From: a virus
Length of the DNA stretch: 64,000 nucleotides
Virus record (IMG/VR): IMGVR_UViG_3300030329_006034
Location: 1 to 64,000 of that record
Direction: 5' to 3' (one strand)
A program made the position numbers and the translations under genes. Positions within the stretch are counted from its first letter, which is position 1; every line of letters begins with the position of its first letter. Of the stretch, positions 36,833-45,507 are shown one piece after another. The notes beneath the pieces were generated by a model. That model was not told where the DNA came from. It did no database searches and was given only the letters and a program-made list of their open reading frames with translations.

Positions 36833-37160
36833 GAGAGACATATATGCGGTTGAGACAGGTGACTACATAGGGCAAATGTTCGCTATAGTCGATCTTAAAG
36901 AAGATACTATCGGGTGCCTTATTCTCCCGTCCATGGAAAATATTAATGTTCCACGAAAATCGTTTGATAACGGAAGGAACAATGATATAATTAAATTTGT
37001 AGAAAAGCTTCCTAAAGACGTTTATTCAGTTGTTGAGGCGCAATATAGAAAAAATGAAAACCCTGATAATAGACGGAAACAACTTAATACACCGAACGTT
37101 TTATACAGCAAAGACACAGTCGAAGAAGACAAACAACCACTCGGATTACCAGGTAAGTAA
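36819..37160 (+). CDS. Hypothetical protein
   Basis: 113-aa ORF; 3' end overlaps rnh. Confidence 0.5.
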   Translation: MSYCKRDIYAVETGDYIGQMFAIVDLKEDTIGCLILPSMENINVPRKSFDNGRNNDIIKFVEKLPKDVYSVVEAQYRKNENPDNRRKQLNTPNVLYSKDTVEEDKQPLGLPGK

Positions 37161-37938
37161 CTTCCACATATACTTTACGCTTAATGCTGTTAGCTCCTAC
37201 GTCAAGCAGTTTGTTCCCGATAATACAATATTTGTATGGGATGAAAAGAAAGAGTATAAACCCAATATACGCAAGAGTATCCTTAAAGAATATAAAGGTA
37301 ATAGATCAAAAGATTTAACGCCGCATCAAAATAATGAGGTAATTAAATCTATTCTCTATTCTATGGGAATTAACTCTATTTTTCCCCGTGAGTTGGAAGC
37401 CGATGATATTGTCGCGTATATTTGCAGAGAACACGAAGGTACGAAGGTTATAGTTTCTGTAGATAGAGATTTTCTGCAACTGGTCAGTGCAGAGTGCACT
37501 TTATATGATCCCATCCGGAAAAAGTTCTTTGAAGAAGGAAATTTTGAAGAAGAGACAGGATATAGTGATGTATCGCAATGGTTTACAGCAAAATGTTTAA
37601 CAGGTGATAAGTCGGATAATGTACCAGGTATACCTCGTTTTGGTAAAGCATCAGTTAAAAGGTATTTTGAGGATCCTAGCTATATGCTAGACGAAAAACA
37701 GCGAGAAATATTCAAACGAAATTTAGATATATTTTGTTTAGATAAGTATGAGTCGCTTCCAGATGAAAAGCAGTACTATAAGGAACAATTAGAAGTTAAA
37801 ATAGACCCCTGTTATAAGACGTTCCTTGAGCATTGTGAAGAACACTCGTTTAAGCGTATTCTTGATAAAAAAGAAGACTGGCATAATTTGTTTTTTATGA
37901 AAAGTCTGTATAATAAGTTAAATGATATCGCTTCCTGA
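37054..37938 (+). CDS. rnh: 5'-3' exonuclease / T4 RNase H (FEN family)
   Basis: IIDGNN, YKGNR, EADD, SVDRD, GDKSDNVPGI; start set at MKTLIID. Confidence 0.9.
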   Translation: MKTLIIDGNNLIHRTFYTAKTQSKKTNNHSDYQVSNFHIYFTLNAVSSYVKQFVPDNTIFVWDEKKEYKPNIRKSILKEYKGNRSKDLTPHQNNEVIKSILYSMGINSIFPRELEADDIVAYICREHEGTKVIVSVDRDFLQLVSAECTLYDPIRKKFFEEGNFEEETGYSDVSQWFTAKCLTGDKSDNVPGIPRFGKASVKRYFEDPSYMLDEKQREIFKRNLDIFCLDKYESLPDEKQYYKEQLEVKIDPCYKTFLEHCEEHSFKRILDKKEDWHNLFFMKSLYNKLNDIAS

Positions 37939-38983
37939 AGACTTTGTTATACTTAAGTTTTTTGAACTAGGCTTTTATCCAAAGTATAATAAATTTAATA
38001 ACGTTTATCAATGCAGCTGTCCTATCTGCAGAGAAGGTAAATCGTTAGGCAAGAAAAGACGGTGTTATTATATTCCGAAAAACGAAAATATATTTTGTCA
38101 TAACTGCGGCTGGTCTGGCAAGCCATTAAGATGGATAAAGGAAGTTTCAGGTACTACAGATAAAGACATAATTAAAGAATTAAAAGACCATGTTCCAGAT
38201 GCTAAAGATATTATCGATAGAGATCAAGATACTAAACCAGACTTTAAAGTCACTACCTTACCTAAGGACTGTATTAATTTGTCTGACGAGCTTCAGCTTG
38301 ACTTTTATAGTAACAGCAACGTTGTTACGGCTGTTCGGCATTTAATTAAGGAAAGGCGGTTAGATACTGCCGTAAATAAACCTTCAGCGTTATATGTATC
38401 ATTAACTGACATGGTTCATAAGAATAGACTCGTTATACCGTTTTTTAATGAGAGTGATGAGATTGAGTTTTATCAAACTAGGACAGTCCTAAACAAAGAC
38501 AAAAAAGTTAAACCAAAATACCTAGGAAAGGTAAACGCGGAAAAAACTTTGTTTAATATTGATCGAGTAAGCAGTGATCATGATTGTGTTTATATATTTG
38601 AGGGACCTATTAACGCATTCTTTACAAAAAATTCTGTTGCTGTGGCAGGAATTACTGAACGAGGTAAATCATTTACTCAACGACAGGAAGAGCAGTTAAA
38701 TACAACGCTTAAATGGTATGATAAGACGTGGATACTTGATTCACAATGGGTTGATCAAGCATCCTTAGTAAAGTCTGAAGTATTACTAAAACAAGGGGAG
38801 AGAGTGTTTATTTGGCCAGAAAAATTTGGGAGGAAATTTAAAGACTTTAACGATATTGCAATTGCTTGTAAGATAGATGAGATTAAGTGGAAATTTATAG
38901 AAAAAAATACCTTCGACGGAATCGAAGGTATTGTAAGGTTATCCGAAATTAAAAAATATCGAAATCAGACGTATTTAAACTGA
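37922..38983 (+). CDS. gp61: DNA primase gp61
   Basis: CPIC...CHNC zinc ribbon, RLVIPF, PKY, FEGP, KDFND. Confidence 0.88.
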   Translation: MISLPEDFVILKFFELGFYPKYNKFNNVYQCSCPICREGKSLGKKRRCYYIPKNENIFCHNCGWSGKPLRWIKEVSGTTDKDIIKELKDHVPDAKDIIDRDQDTKPDFKVTTLPKDCINLSDELQLDFYSNSNVVTAVRHLIKERRLDTAVNKPSALYVSLTDMVHKNRLVIPFFNESDEIEFYQTRTVLNKDKKVKPKYLGKVNAEKTLFNIDRVSSDHDCVYIFEGPINAFFTKNSVAVAGITERGKSFTQRQEEQLNTTLKWYDKTWILDSQWVDQASLVKSEVLLKQGERVFIWPEKFGRKFKDFNDIAIACKIDEIKWKFIEKNTFDGIEGIVRLSEIKKYRNQTYLN

Positions 38984-39402
38984 GCGTTACCAGTTTGTGC
39001 AAGGTAACCTTTAAACGACTCGTTTAGTGCTGCGAGCTCTGTAGCAACTCTAGCAATTTTACGCTGTTCAGAGGCTTTCATTCGATCAAAGATGGTATCA
39101 GGCTCTGCATTAGCTAAAAGAGTTTGAATAGAGTTGGGTGACGACCCATTTAAGTACTCTAAGAAGGTTTCAATTTCACCAACCCATCCTTCGAGGGTAG
39201 CTCTCATAGCTGCATTACGCTCGCTTACAGCTTGCGCAGCTTTTACATTAGGATCTTCTTCTACGGCAGTCTCATCAACATCAATATTAACATCAAAGTC
39301 TTCTGCACTTGTACCATCCTCTAATTCTGCCTCAAAAGCTTCTCGCTCTTCTACTGCTTGTTCAGTGAGAGATTTAAAAAAACGTCTTTCGAATTTAGTC
39401 AT
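38965..39402 (-). CDS. Hypothetical acidic late protein
   Basis: 145 aa, MTKFERRFFKSLTE; TAAATA 5 nt upstream. Confidence 0.65.
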   Translation of the reverse strand: MTKFERRFFKSLTEQAVEEREAFEAELEDGTSAEDFDVNIDVDETAVEEDPNVKAAQAVSERNAAMRATLEGWVGEIETFLEYLNGSSPNSIQTLLANAEPDTIFDRMKASEQRKIARVATELAALNESFKGYLAQTGNAQFKYV

Positions 39403-39434
39403 AAAATTATTTAGTCTCTAGCATAAATAATTAC

Positions 39435-39806
39435 ATGGATGGAGCGGAATTTCCTTATAGTGTAGGCCCAGAAGATAAGCCTATTAATTTTCATATGAAT
39501 GTACAGGATCAAATATCTATGTACAAAGATAATGAAAAAGATCAAAAGGCGCCGCCTATTTTACCGTTTGATCTTGAACCCATGAATCAAGAGCTGTGTG
39601 AAGTTTTCTCTAGACTAGCAAATATACGTAATATGTTAGCTCGCGCAGTTAATCAACCAGTACAGGGTGATCCTACAGAACTACCATATGATCAAGCAGC
39701 TGGAAAAATTAATAAGGGTGCGGTACAAAACATAACCAATAAAATTGATCAGATTAATGACTTGATACTTGATATTCCGGGTGACTTGGCTAAAATAGCT
39801 ATATGA
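39435..39806 (+). CDS. Hypothetical protein
   Basis: 123 aa; ATAAATA 5 nt upstream. Confidence 0.6.
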   Translation: MDGAEFPYSVGPEDKPINFHMNVQDQISMYKDNEKDQKAPPILPFDLEPMNQELCEVFSRLANIRNMLARAVNQPVQGDPTELPYDQAAGKINKGAVQNITNKIDQINDLILDIPGDLAKIAI

Positions 39807-40261
39807 CTATTTTAAGGTCGCTTCTTATTACCATATTAGTATCAGCTGCTATTGGTTTTGGATTGCGTAATGTATTTGGATTCTGGGAAACAGCAGTTCT
39901 CGCTTTTGTTGTACAATTTTTAGCAGCGTTTATTGTCTCCTCTTTAAAAATAAACAGAGTAGATAATTTAACTGCGGAATTTGAAAACGAACTACAGCAA
40001 CTACTTGACTTAAGTGAAGTATCTATATCTTGCCCTTGCGGGAATTACTCCTTTACTGAGAATGTATTCATGAATATGGAAAGCGCATACACTTGTGAAA
40101 AATGTAATAATGAATTTAGACTCGAAATTAATGTAACACCAACTCTTCTTACTCAGCCTATTAGTATTAACCAAACCTTTGCTGATCTTACAAAAGAAGA
40201 ACTTCCAGAAGATGACGAAATTAAAATCACCTCTGAGTACAAGCAAGGAACGGAACTATAA
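39803..40261 (+). CDS. Membrane protein with zinc ribbon
   Basis: Two N-terminal hydrophobic helices, CPCG...CEKC; TTGATA-N16-TAAAAT-N6-ATG. Confidence 0.65.
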   Translation: MTILRSLLITILVSAAIGFGLRNVFGFWETAVLAFVVQFLAAFIVSSLKINRVDNLTAEFENELQQLLDLSEVSISCPCGNYSFTENVFMNMESAYTCEKCNNEFRLEINVTPTLLTQPISINQTFADLTKEELPEDDEIKITSEYKQGTEL

Positions 40262-40282
40262 TATAGTTGTATAGAATATGAA
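40248..40282 (+). repeat. 35-bp direct repeat, copy 1
   Basis: GAACGGAACTATAATATAGTTGTATAGAATATGAA; 33/35 identical to 40847-40881. Confidence 0.9.
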
Positions 40283-40844
40283 CATTGATAGGTTTATCTT
40301 AAAAGATAGTAGTCCCAATACAATGGAATTACAATTTAACTCTCAAATACAACAAGATAAGTGGATTTGTCAAGTGCTTGAAAATCTAAAAAACGGAACA
40401 TGGGTCGATATAGGTTGTGGAGCTCCAATATATATCAATAATACTTACGTACTAGAAAATCAGCTAGGATGGAAAGGAATATCATTAGATCTCGATAAGA
40501 GTTCAACTGATCAATGGAGAGAAGTAGGTAGAGATACTAAAATGGTCTTTAATCAAGATGCTTTAACTACTGATTATAAAAAATTATTTGAAGAATGTAA
40601 TATGCCTAAAGTTATAGATTATCTTTCTCTAGATCTTGAACCTCCGCAGTTAACATTACAGGCGTTATATAAAATACCTTTTGATGATTATAAGTTTAAG
40701 TGTGTAACTTATGAAACTGATGTTTATCGAACTCTAGAAACAGTTGAGCCTTCAAGAAAGCTTTTTGCAGAAAAAGGCTACATTTTAGTTCAAGAGATGG
40801 GTAGTCAAGATGACTTTTATATACATCCTGATTGCGTTAATTAG
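40278..40844 (+). CDS. FkbM-family methyltransferase
   Basis: SQIQQD, VDIGCG, NNTY.LE...W.G, IDYLSLDLE, DDFY. Confidence 0.85.
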   Translation: MNIDRFILKDSSPNTMELQFNSQIQQDKWICQVLENLKNGTWVDIGCGAPIYINNTYVLENQLGWKGISLDLDKSSTDQWREVGRDTKMVFNQDALTTDYKKLFEECNMPKVIDYLSLDLEPPQLTLQALYKIPFDDYKFKCVTYETDVYRTLETVEPSRKLFAEKGYILVQEMGSQDDFYIHPDCVN

Positions 40845-40846
40845 TA

Positions 40847-40881
40847 GAACGGAACTATAATATAATTATATAGAATATGAA
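40847..40881 (+). repeat. 35-bp direct repeat, copy 2
   Basis: GAACGGAACTATAATATAATTATATAGAATATGAA. Confidence 0.9.
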
Positions 40882-41110
40882 AAATTTTAAATTTAATTTA
40901 AAAGATGGTAGTACCAAAACAATGGAATTTGATGAACTAGTTCGTTGGGCGTGTTTAATTGAAGCTCTTGAAGTAGTTGGCGGTCAAGAAGACGTAGATG
41001 TAGATAGTGATAAATGGATTAAACCCTTAGCTTTCCAAAAGTATATCGACGAAAGATATCACTCTATGAGACATGACCTTAAGGTTGAGGCTTCTTTAGG
41101 TAATTTGTAA
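40877..41110 (+). CDS. Hypothetical protein
   Basis: 77-aa ORF. Confidence 0.6.
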   Translation: MKNFKFNLKDGSTKTMEFDELVRWACLIEALEVVGGQEDVDVDSDKWIKPLAFQKYIDERYHSMRHDLKVEASLGNL

Positions 41111-41111
41111 G

Positions 41112-43421
41112 CTAAGACTGTATAATTGTTATTTCGTTTCCGTTTTCGAGGTTAAAAGTCTCTCGTAGTGGGAGTTGTGAAATTAGTTCTATAAAGTCCG
41201 GTTTATATCTTTTCATATTTTTTTCCCAACGAATTGCCCAACATGAAATAATTGTGTTGTTAATTTCTGCGAAAAGTGGGTATAATCTACACGGAGCCGG
41301 TTCCCAGTCCGGAGCATCGTTTATTTCCGCACTAATGTAATATTTTTCCCAATTAAAATTTTTATTTAACTTAATATTTAATGTCCCTGGGTAAGGTAAT
41401 TCTTCAGTGTATGTAGCTATATCTATTATTCGCGAATTATCATTTCTAACAAACGCTTTAGACGCGCCGCCTGCACCGCTTCTAACTGTCCCGGTATAAA
41501 TTACCTTGGGCTGCTCTAATATAAAATATTCTGATTTTTCTTTTAAAACAGAATATCTTTTTAAGAGATTTTTCCACTTCGGGACATTTTTATGATGTCT
41601 AGTAGGTTGATCATAGCACTTTAAAGCGTTCATTTTCTGTTCATAAACTTCATCTGTTAATTTAAACTCTGTACCGGAGCCATAACCAAAAAATAACTTT
41701 GGCACGTTTGGGATATTTGCTACGACCCACTTATGAATAAATTTATGATGTTTATGACCATATTCACCTGCTTCAGAATGCGTTACAATTAAGTCGTATT
41801 TTGATATCATATCAATTAACATATCTGGCATCTCCAAGGTAGTAGATTTTTTAACTTCGACGAATGGCAGTGACATTGCATTTGTAATACCTAAGGTGTT
41901 TGCAGCTCTAATATAACAAACAGACCGGACTTTATCTTCAATATCAGCAGGAACAGAGCAAGTTAAGCTATCCCACGTTTTATCTGGGTTCGACGCAATT
42001 AAACCACCGGCCCAACATGTTTCATCATCTGGATGAGCTCCTATAACTAGTATTCGCTCCGCAGCATTAATAATATTATTAATTTTTGGTTTTTGAATTT
42101 TGGTGTATACGGTTAACGATTCATAATCATGAGATCTTTTAAACAGCCCTGAGTCGTCTACCAGTTGATGTGCAATTTTACCTTTATTTGATTTTTTAAA
42201 CATTATCATTTTACCGTCATCTTTTAGCATTGTATATAATGTTTCAATTAATTTAATATCTGTCGTTTGCCCGTAGTCCTCAATATCTTTACCTCTTTTA
42301 CTACAATATTTTTTGCTATATTCACAAAGGTGAAAATTCGTAATAATATCAAAATTATTTAAAAAAGGTGCTGTATTTAAGGTATACATGTCCCCATAAA
42401 ATGCTTTATACTTGAGACATAATTCCGGATCTGTCTGTAACATATTCATATATTCCTGATATTCTTTAATCGACGCAGTAATACCTAATATATTGTGATT
42501 TCTAAGATTATCGCCTACCATATGGTGACCACCGGTGCCGATATGAAATATAGATAGATCGCTAGTGTTTAAGGACGCCACGTAATCAATAAAATGCTTA
42601 TCACATGGGCATCTTTTATAATCAAATTTACACGATTTATTATATGTGTTAAATTTTTTAATAGGAGGCGGTATCTCTACATTTTTTTTATTTTTTACCG
42701 TATTTAATACATGAAGCACATCCTTTGTGTGCTTGTCATCAAAAGTCCAATTTTCTTTAATGAATCTTTTGTCTCTTAATTCGTGTTGTTTAGGGTTACC
42801 ATGAAAGTAGACATATCGAGCTGCTGGTGGAATTCCTGCGTCGAAGTCACCTTCGTTACAGTGCTTTTTATAGCTTACTAGTTGACCCGGTGTTACGTCA
42901 TCCCATAGAGCATCTGGTTTTACGTAATCATTAAGCCAGAACATTTCTGAAAACTGACCCTTTAAAAAATATTTTCTGTTATGAATGTCGTCGTTTTTGT
43001 TCTTTAACCACGTATTCCAGACGTAGTCAGCTTTATCTGAATTTAAAGAGACGAAACCATTGCAAAGCTTACATAAACGCCCGGGATTACGAGGGACAAT
43101 GTAAGATTCTTGCCGGTGTTCTATGTCTTCTGGTGACTTAATAAATAACCCATCGAGATCCATTATTATAGCACGTTCTTTAACGATTTCAGGTCTATAC
43201 ATTTCTAACTTGCAACACCAACCTCTTTCTGAGTTTATAAAAGGATATGTTTGAATTTCCGGAAGAAAGCCACTTTCAAAATCAGTAACTACACTTAAGG
43301 TGGAGTCTGGAGACCATTTTTTAATGTTTGAGTAGAGAGAATTTACCCACTGCGGGTTATATCCCGCTCCGAAATCTCGAAACTTAGAGGGTCTTTTAAA
43401 TAATGTGGTTACGTAATTCAT
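41112..43421 (-). CDS. Four-domain fusion: GT-A glycosyltransferase + SAM methyltransferase-like + PIG-L/LmbE deacetylase + CTP-dependent riboflavin-kinase-like
   Basis: GWCCKL/MDLDG/FHGNPK; FHIGTGG/GD/FDII; AHPDDE/GEYGHKHH; GTVRSGAG/PYPGTLNI/IELIS..PLR..L..G. Confidence 0.75.
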   Translation of the reverse strand: MNYVTTLFKRPSKFRDFGAGYNPQWVNSLYSNIKKWSPDSTLSVVTDFESGFLPEIQTYPFINSERGWCCKLEMYRPEIVKERAIIMDLDGLFIKSPEDIEHRQESYIVPRNPGRLCKLCNGFVSLNSDKADYVWNTWLKNKNDDIHNRKYFLKGQFSEMFWLNDYVKPDALWDDVTPGQLVSYKKHCNEGDFDAGIPPAARYVYFHGNPKQHELRDKRFIKENWTFDDKHTKDVLHVLNTVKNKKNVEIPPPIKKFNTYNKSCKFDYKRCPCDKHFIDYVASLNTSDLSIFHIGTGGHHMVGDNLRNHNILGITASIKEYQEYMNMLQTDPELCLKYKAFYGDMYTLNTAPFLNNFDIITNFHLCEYSKKYCSKRGKDIEDYGQTTDIKLIETLYTMLKDDGKMIMFKKSNKGKIAHQLVDDSGLFKRSHDYESLTVYTKIQKPKINNIINAAERILVIGAHPDDETCWAGGLIASNPDKTWDSLTCSVPADIEDKVRSVCYIRAANTLGITNAMSLPFVEVKKSTTLEMPDMLIDMISKYDLIVTHSEAGEYGHKHHKFIHKWVVANIPNVPKLFFGYGSGTEFKLTDEVYEQKMNALKCYDQPTRHHKNVPKWKNLLKRYSVLKEKSEYFILEQPKVIYTGTVRSGAGGASKAFVRNDNSRIIDIATYTEELPYPGTLNIKLNKNFNWEKYYISAEINDAPDWEPAPCRLYPLFAEINNTIISCWAIRWEKNMKRYKPDFIELISQLPLRETFNLENGNEITIIQS

Positions 43422-43987
43422 TCGTATTTTACAATTGTTATTTTATTTCTTATTGATTGTAGCCAAGTTTGTTCGAGCTCCGGTCTATGGAACCGGCTAT
43501 TTTTTTTGCCTCCAGGTCTGCAGGGCCAGGTTCTCGACTTAAGTCCATCAAATCCAAATACTGTAGATGATGCTGGGTGAAAAATAGTCATAAGCGCATG
43601 CACCGTTGTAGCCCCTGTTGTAGGTTCCTTATAAATTAGATTTTTACACTCTTTTACTGCCTTAACCGGTAAGTGATATTCTACGTGTTTTGAACGACGC
43701 GTCGACATTATAAGTGACTTATAATGTCGCCGTTGTATGCTGTTCCAAAGCCACTGCATTTTATATGTTTTTCTTAGTAATGACATCGCACAAATCATAA
43801 TATCTGTGCGGTTTCCGAGACTCTCTGATAGCTCTGGTATAGGAAATTGAAAATTAAATCTAATAACAACGTCGTGTTCATCAATCCACGATCCATCCTT
43901 TTTTTCTATAATTTTTTCACAATTTCCAACAACAGCAACACTTTTCCCATCAATTAAATGAGATGCATATGTTAAATCCTTACTCAT
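43418..43987 (-). CDS. GT29 sialyltransferase-like protein
   Basis: VAVVGN...IDEHDVVIRFN...LGNRTD (sialylmotif L), PTTG...FGFD (S), H-x4-E (VS). Confidence 0.75.
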   Translation of the reverse strand: MSKDLTYASHLIDGKSVAVVGNCEKIIEKKDGSWIDEHDVVIRFNFQFPIPELSESLGNRTDIMICAMSLLRKTYKMQWLWNSIQRRHYKSLIMSTRRSKHVEYHLPVKAVKECKNLIYKEPTTGATTVHALMTIFHPASSTVFGFDGLKSRTWPCRPGGKKNSRFHRPELEQTWLQSIRNKITIVKYE

Positions 43988-44667
43988 TAATACGGGGCTA
44001 ATGAATCTATAGGCTCTTTTCTAGCTATGTTAATTTCTGATTCAACAGGAGAAAAGTTAACCAGGTCAATATTGAGTTTTTCGCAGCTTTCTAAAGCTAA
44101 TTTAAATTTGTCCTTTAAGCGTGTAGCTCCAAGACGGAGAGGATCCGGGGTACTGTACGAACCGTAGAAAGAATCTGCTTCTAAATTTTTGAAGAAGTTC
44201 TCACCCCACTCTTGTATACTTGACTCTGTTTTATTGCAAAATTGATTCTGTAAATTGGGTCTCTTTGCTTGGTTCCACTTTTCAACCTTAGCTGGGTTGT
44301 AGTCGTGATCAAATCCTAAGAGACAAATCTTTTCTGGACGTAGCGACATCATTATCCAGTATAACCCCATAAAAAATATAGTGTACCCGCAATGATGCTG
44401 CGGTGACTTAATATCCCAATTAAAATAATTTTTTGCGTCTTCAGCTGTTTTAGCGTATTCGTGAAATCCTACTTCTGTTCCAAATTTAAATTCACCTGGC
44501 TTAGGCTTTTGTTCTGATGGAAAATCTCCAGAACGTATCCAAGCATCGACTGGGTGATTTCTAAATAACCTCCATGCATTATTTACACAACATACTGCAT
44601 AATCATCAAGACTTACCGCGTCAACGAGTTTGGCTGAATTACCGCTTCCTACATATAATACTTTCAT
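43987..44667 (-). CDS. Sialyltransferase/MptE-like fold protein
   Basis: YVGSGNS, CVNNAW, LLGFDHDY, LVNFS. Confidence 0.5.
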   Translation of the reverse strand: MKVLYVGSGNSAKLVDAVSLDDYAVCCVNNAWRLFRNHPVDAWIRSGDFPSEQKPKPGEFKFGTEVGFHEYAKTAEDAKNYFNWDIKSPQHHCGYTIFFMGLYWIMMSLRPEKICLLGFDHDYNPAKVEKWNQAKRPNLQNQFCNKTESSIQEWGENFFKNLEADSFYGSYSTPDPLRLGATRLKDKFKLALESCEKLNIDLVNFSPVESEINIARKEPIDSLAPY

Positions 44668-45494
44668 AACTTTAACTCTCTTTTAACTTCTTTAATAAAA
44701 TCTTCCGGTATTACATCTTTAAACTGCTCAATAACAAGATTAGTATCTAATCCCACTTCTTGATGACCGATCATATAGTTTCTGAATCGATCTTTAAGAT
44801 CGTTTCGATATGGCACCCCGTCAGGTCTATCAAATCTATGGTTCCATCTTAAGAAAGGCAAGCACATTACTTTCTTACCATGTTTTCTGTATTTTTCATG
44901 AATATACCCCTCTTCACCACCAAACCCTCTAAAGTTAGAATTAAAGCCTAGCCAACTATCTTTACGACATGTAAACAATCCTAATCCTTGCGCTTCTATT
45001 TCAAATGGGTCACTATTAGCATATTCACCTCTTGTATCCACGCCCCATTCACCCCACATATGTGCACCCCACTTACTTAAATTGAAGTGTGTACTATAAC
45101 TTTTTAAGTCATCGTAGAGCAAAGGACCATGTAGTAAATTTCCATCATCTTTCCCACTATCGTAATAATCTAAAAGTTTCTTTAACGCGCCGTTTTCAAT
45201 TAACACGTGACAATCCATTACTAACACGTATTCTGTGTTTGCTAAATCAAATATCTTTGATCGCAATGCTGTGGATTGAAAGTTATCGTATTCAATATAT
45301 GTTGTGGGCTCTTTAATCCAGTTTTTAAAATTATAAAGCGCTTTACCCTGATTAGAGTTAGGGTTGTTATTAATAATAACGAACTCTAGCCTGTCTAGTA
45401 TATCCCTGTTATGTAATCTTGCTGATTGTAAGGTAAAATATGCCCCGTCGTAGTCATCGTATACACATATACCAATAGTAAGTTTGCCTGTCAT
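44664..45494 (-). CDS. Glycosyltransferase family 2
   Basis: GICVYDD, IINN, VMDCHV, GLGLF, FRGFGGEE. Confidence 0.8.
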   Translation of the reverse strand: MTGKLTIGICVYDDYDGAYFTLQSARLHNRDILDRLEFVIINNNPNSNQGKALYNFKNWIKEPTTYIEYDNFQSTALRSKIFDLANTEYVLVMDCHVLIENGALKKLLDYYDSGKDDGNLLHGPLLYDDLKSYSTHFNLSKWGAHMWGEWGVDTRGEYANSDPFEIEAQGLGLFTCRKDSWLGFNSNFRGFGGEEGYIHEKYRKHGKKVMCLPFLRWNHRFDRPDGVPYRNDLKDRFRNYMIGHQEVGLDTNLVIEQFKDVIPEDFIKEVKRELKL

Positions 45495-45507
45495 ACGACA
45501 TTACTTA

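Noticed and set aside
36819-37160. 107-bp overlap with rnh as a programmed frameshift
   Set aside because: rnh has its own ATG at the expected N-terminus (MKTLIIDG); a simple overlapping tail is the more economical explanation.
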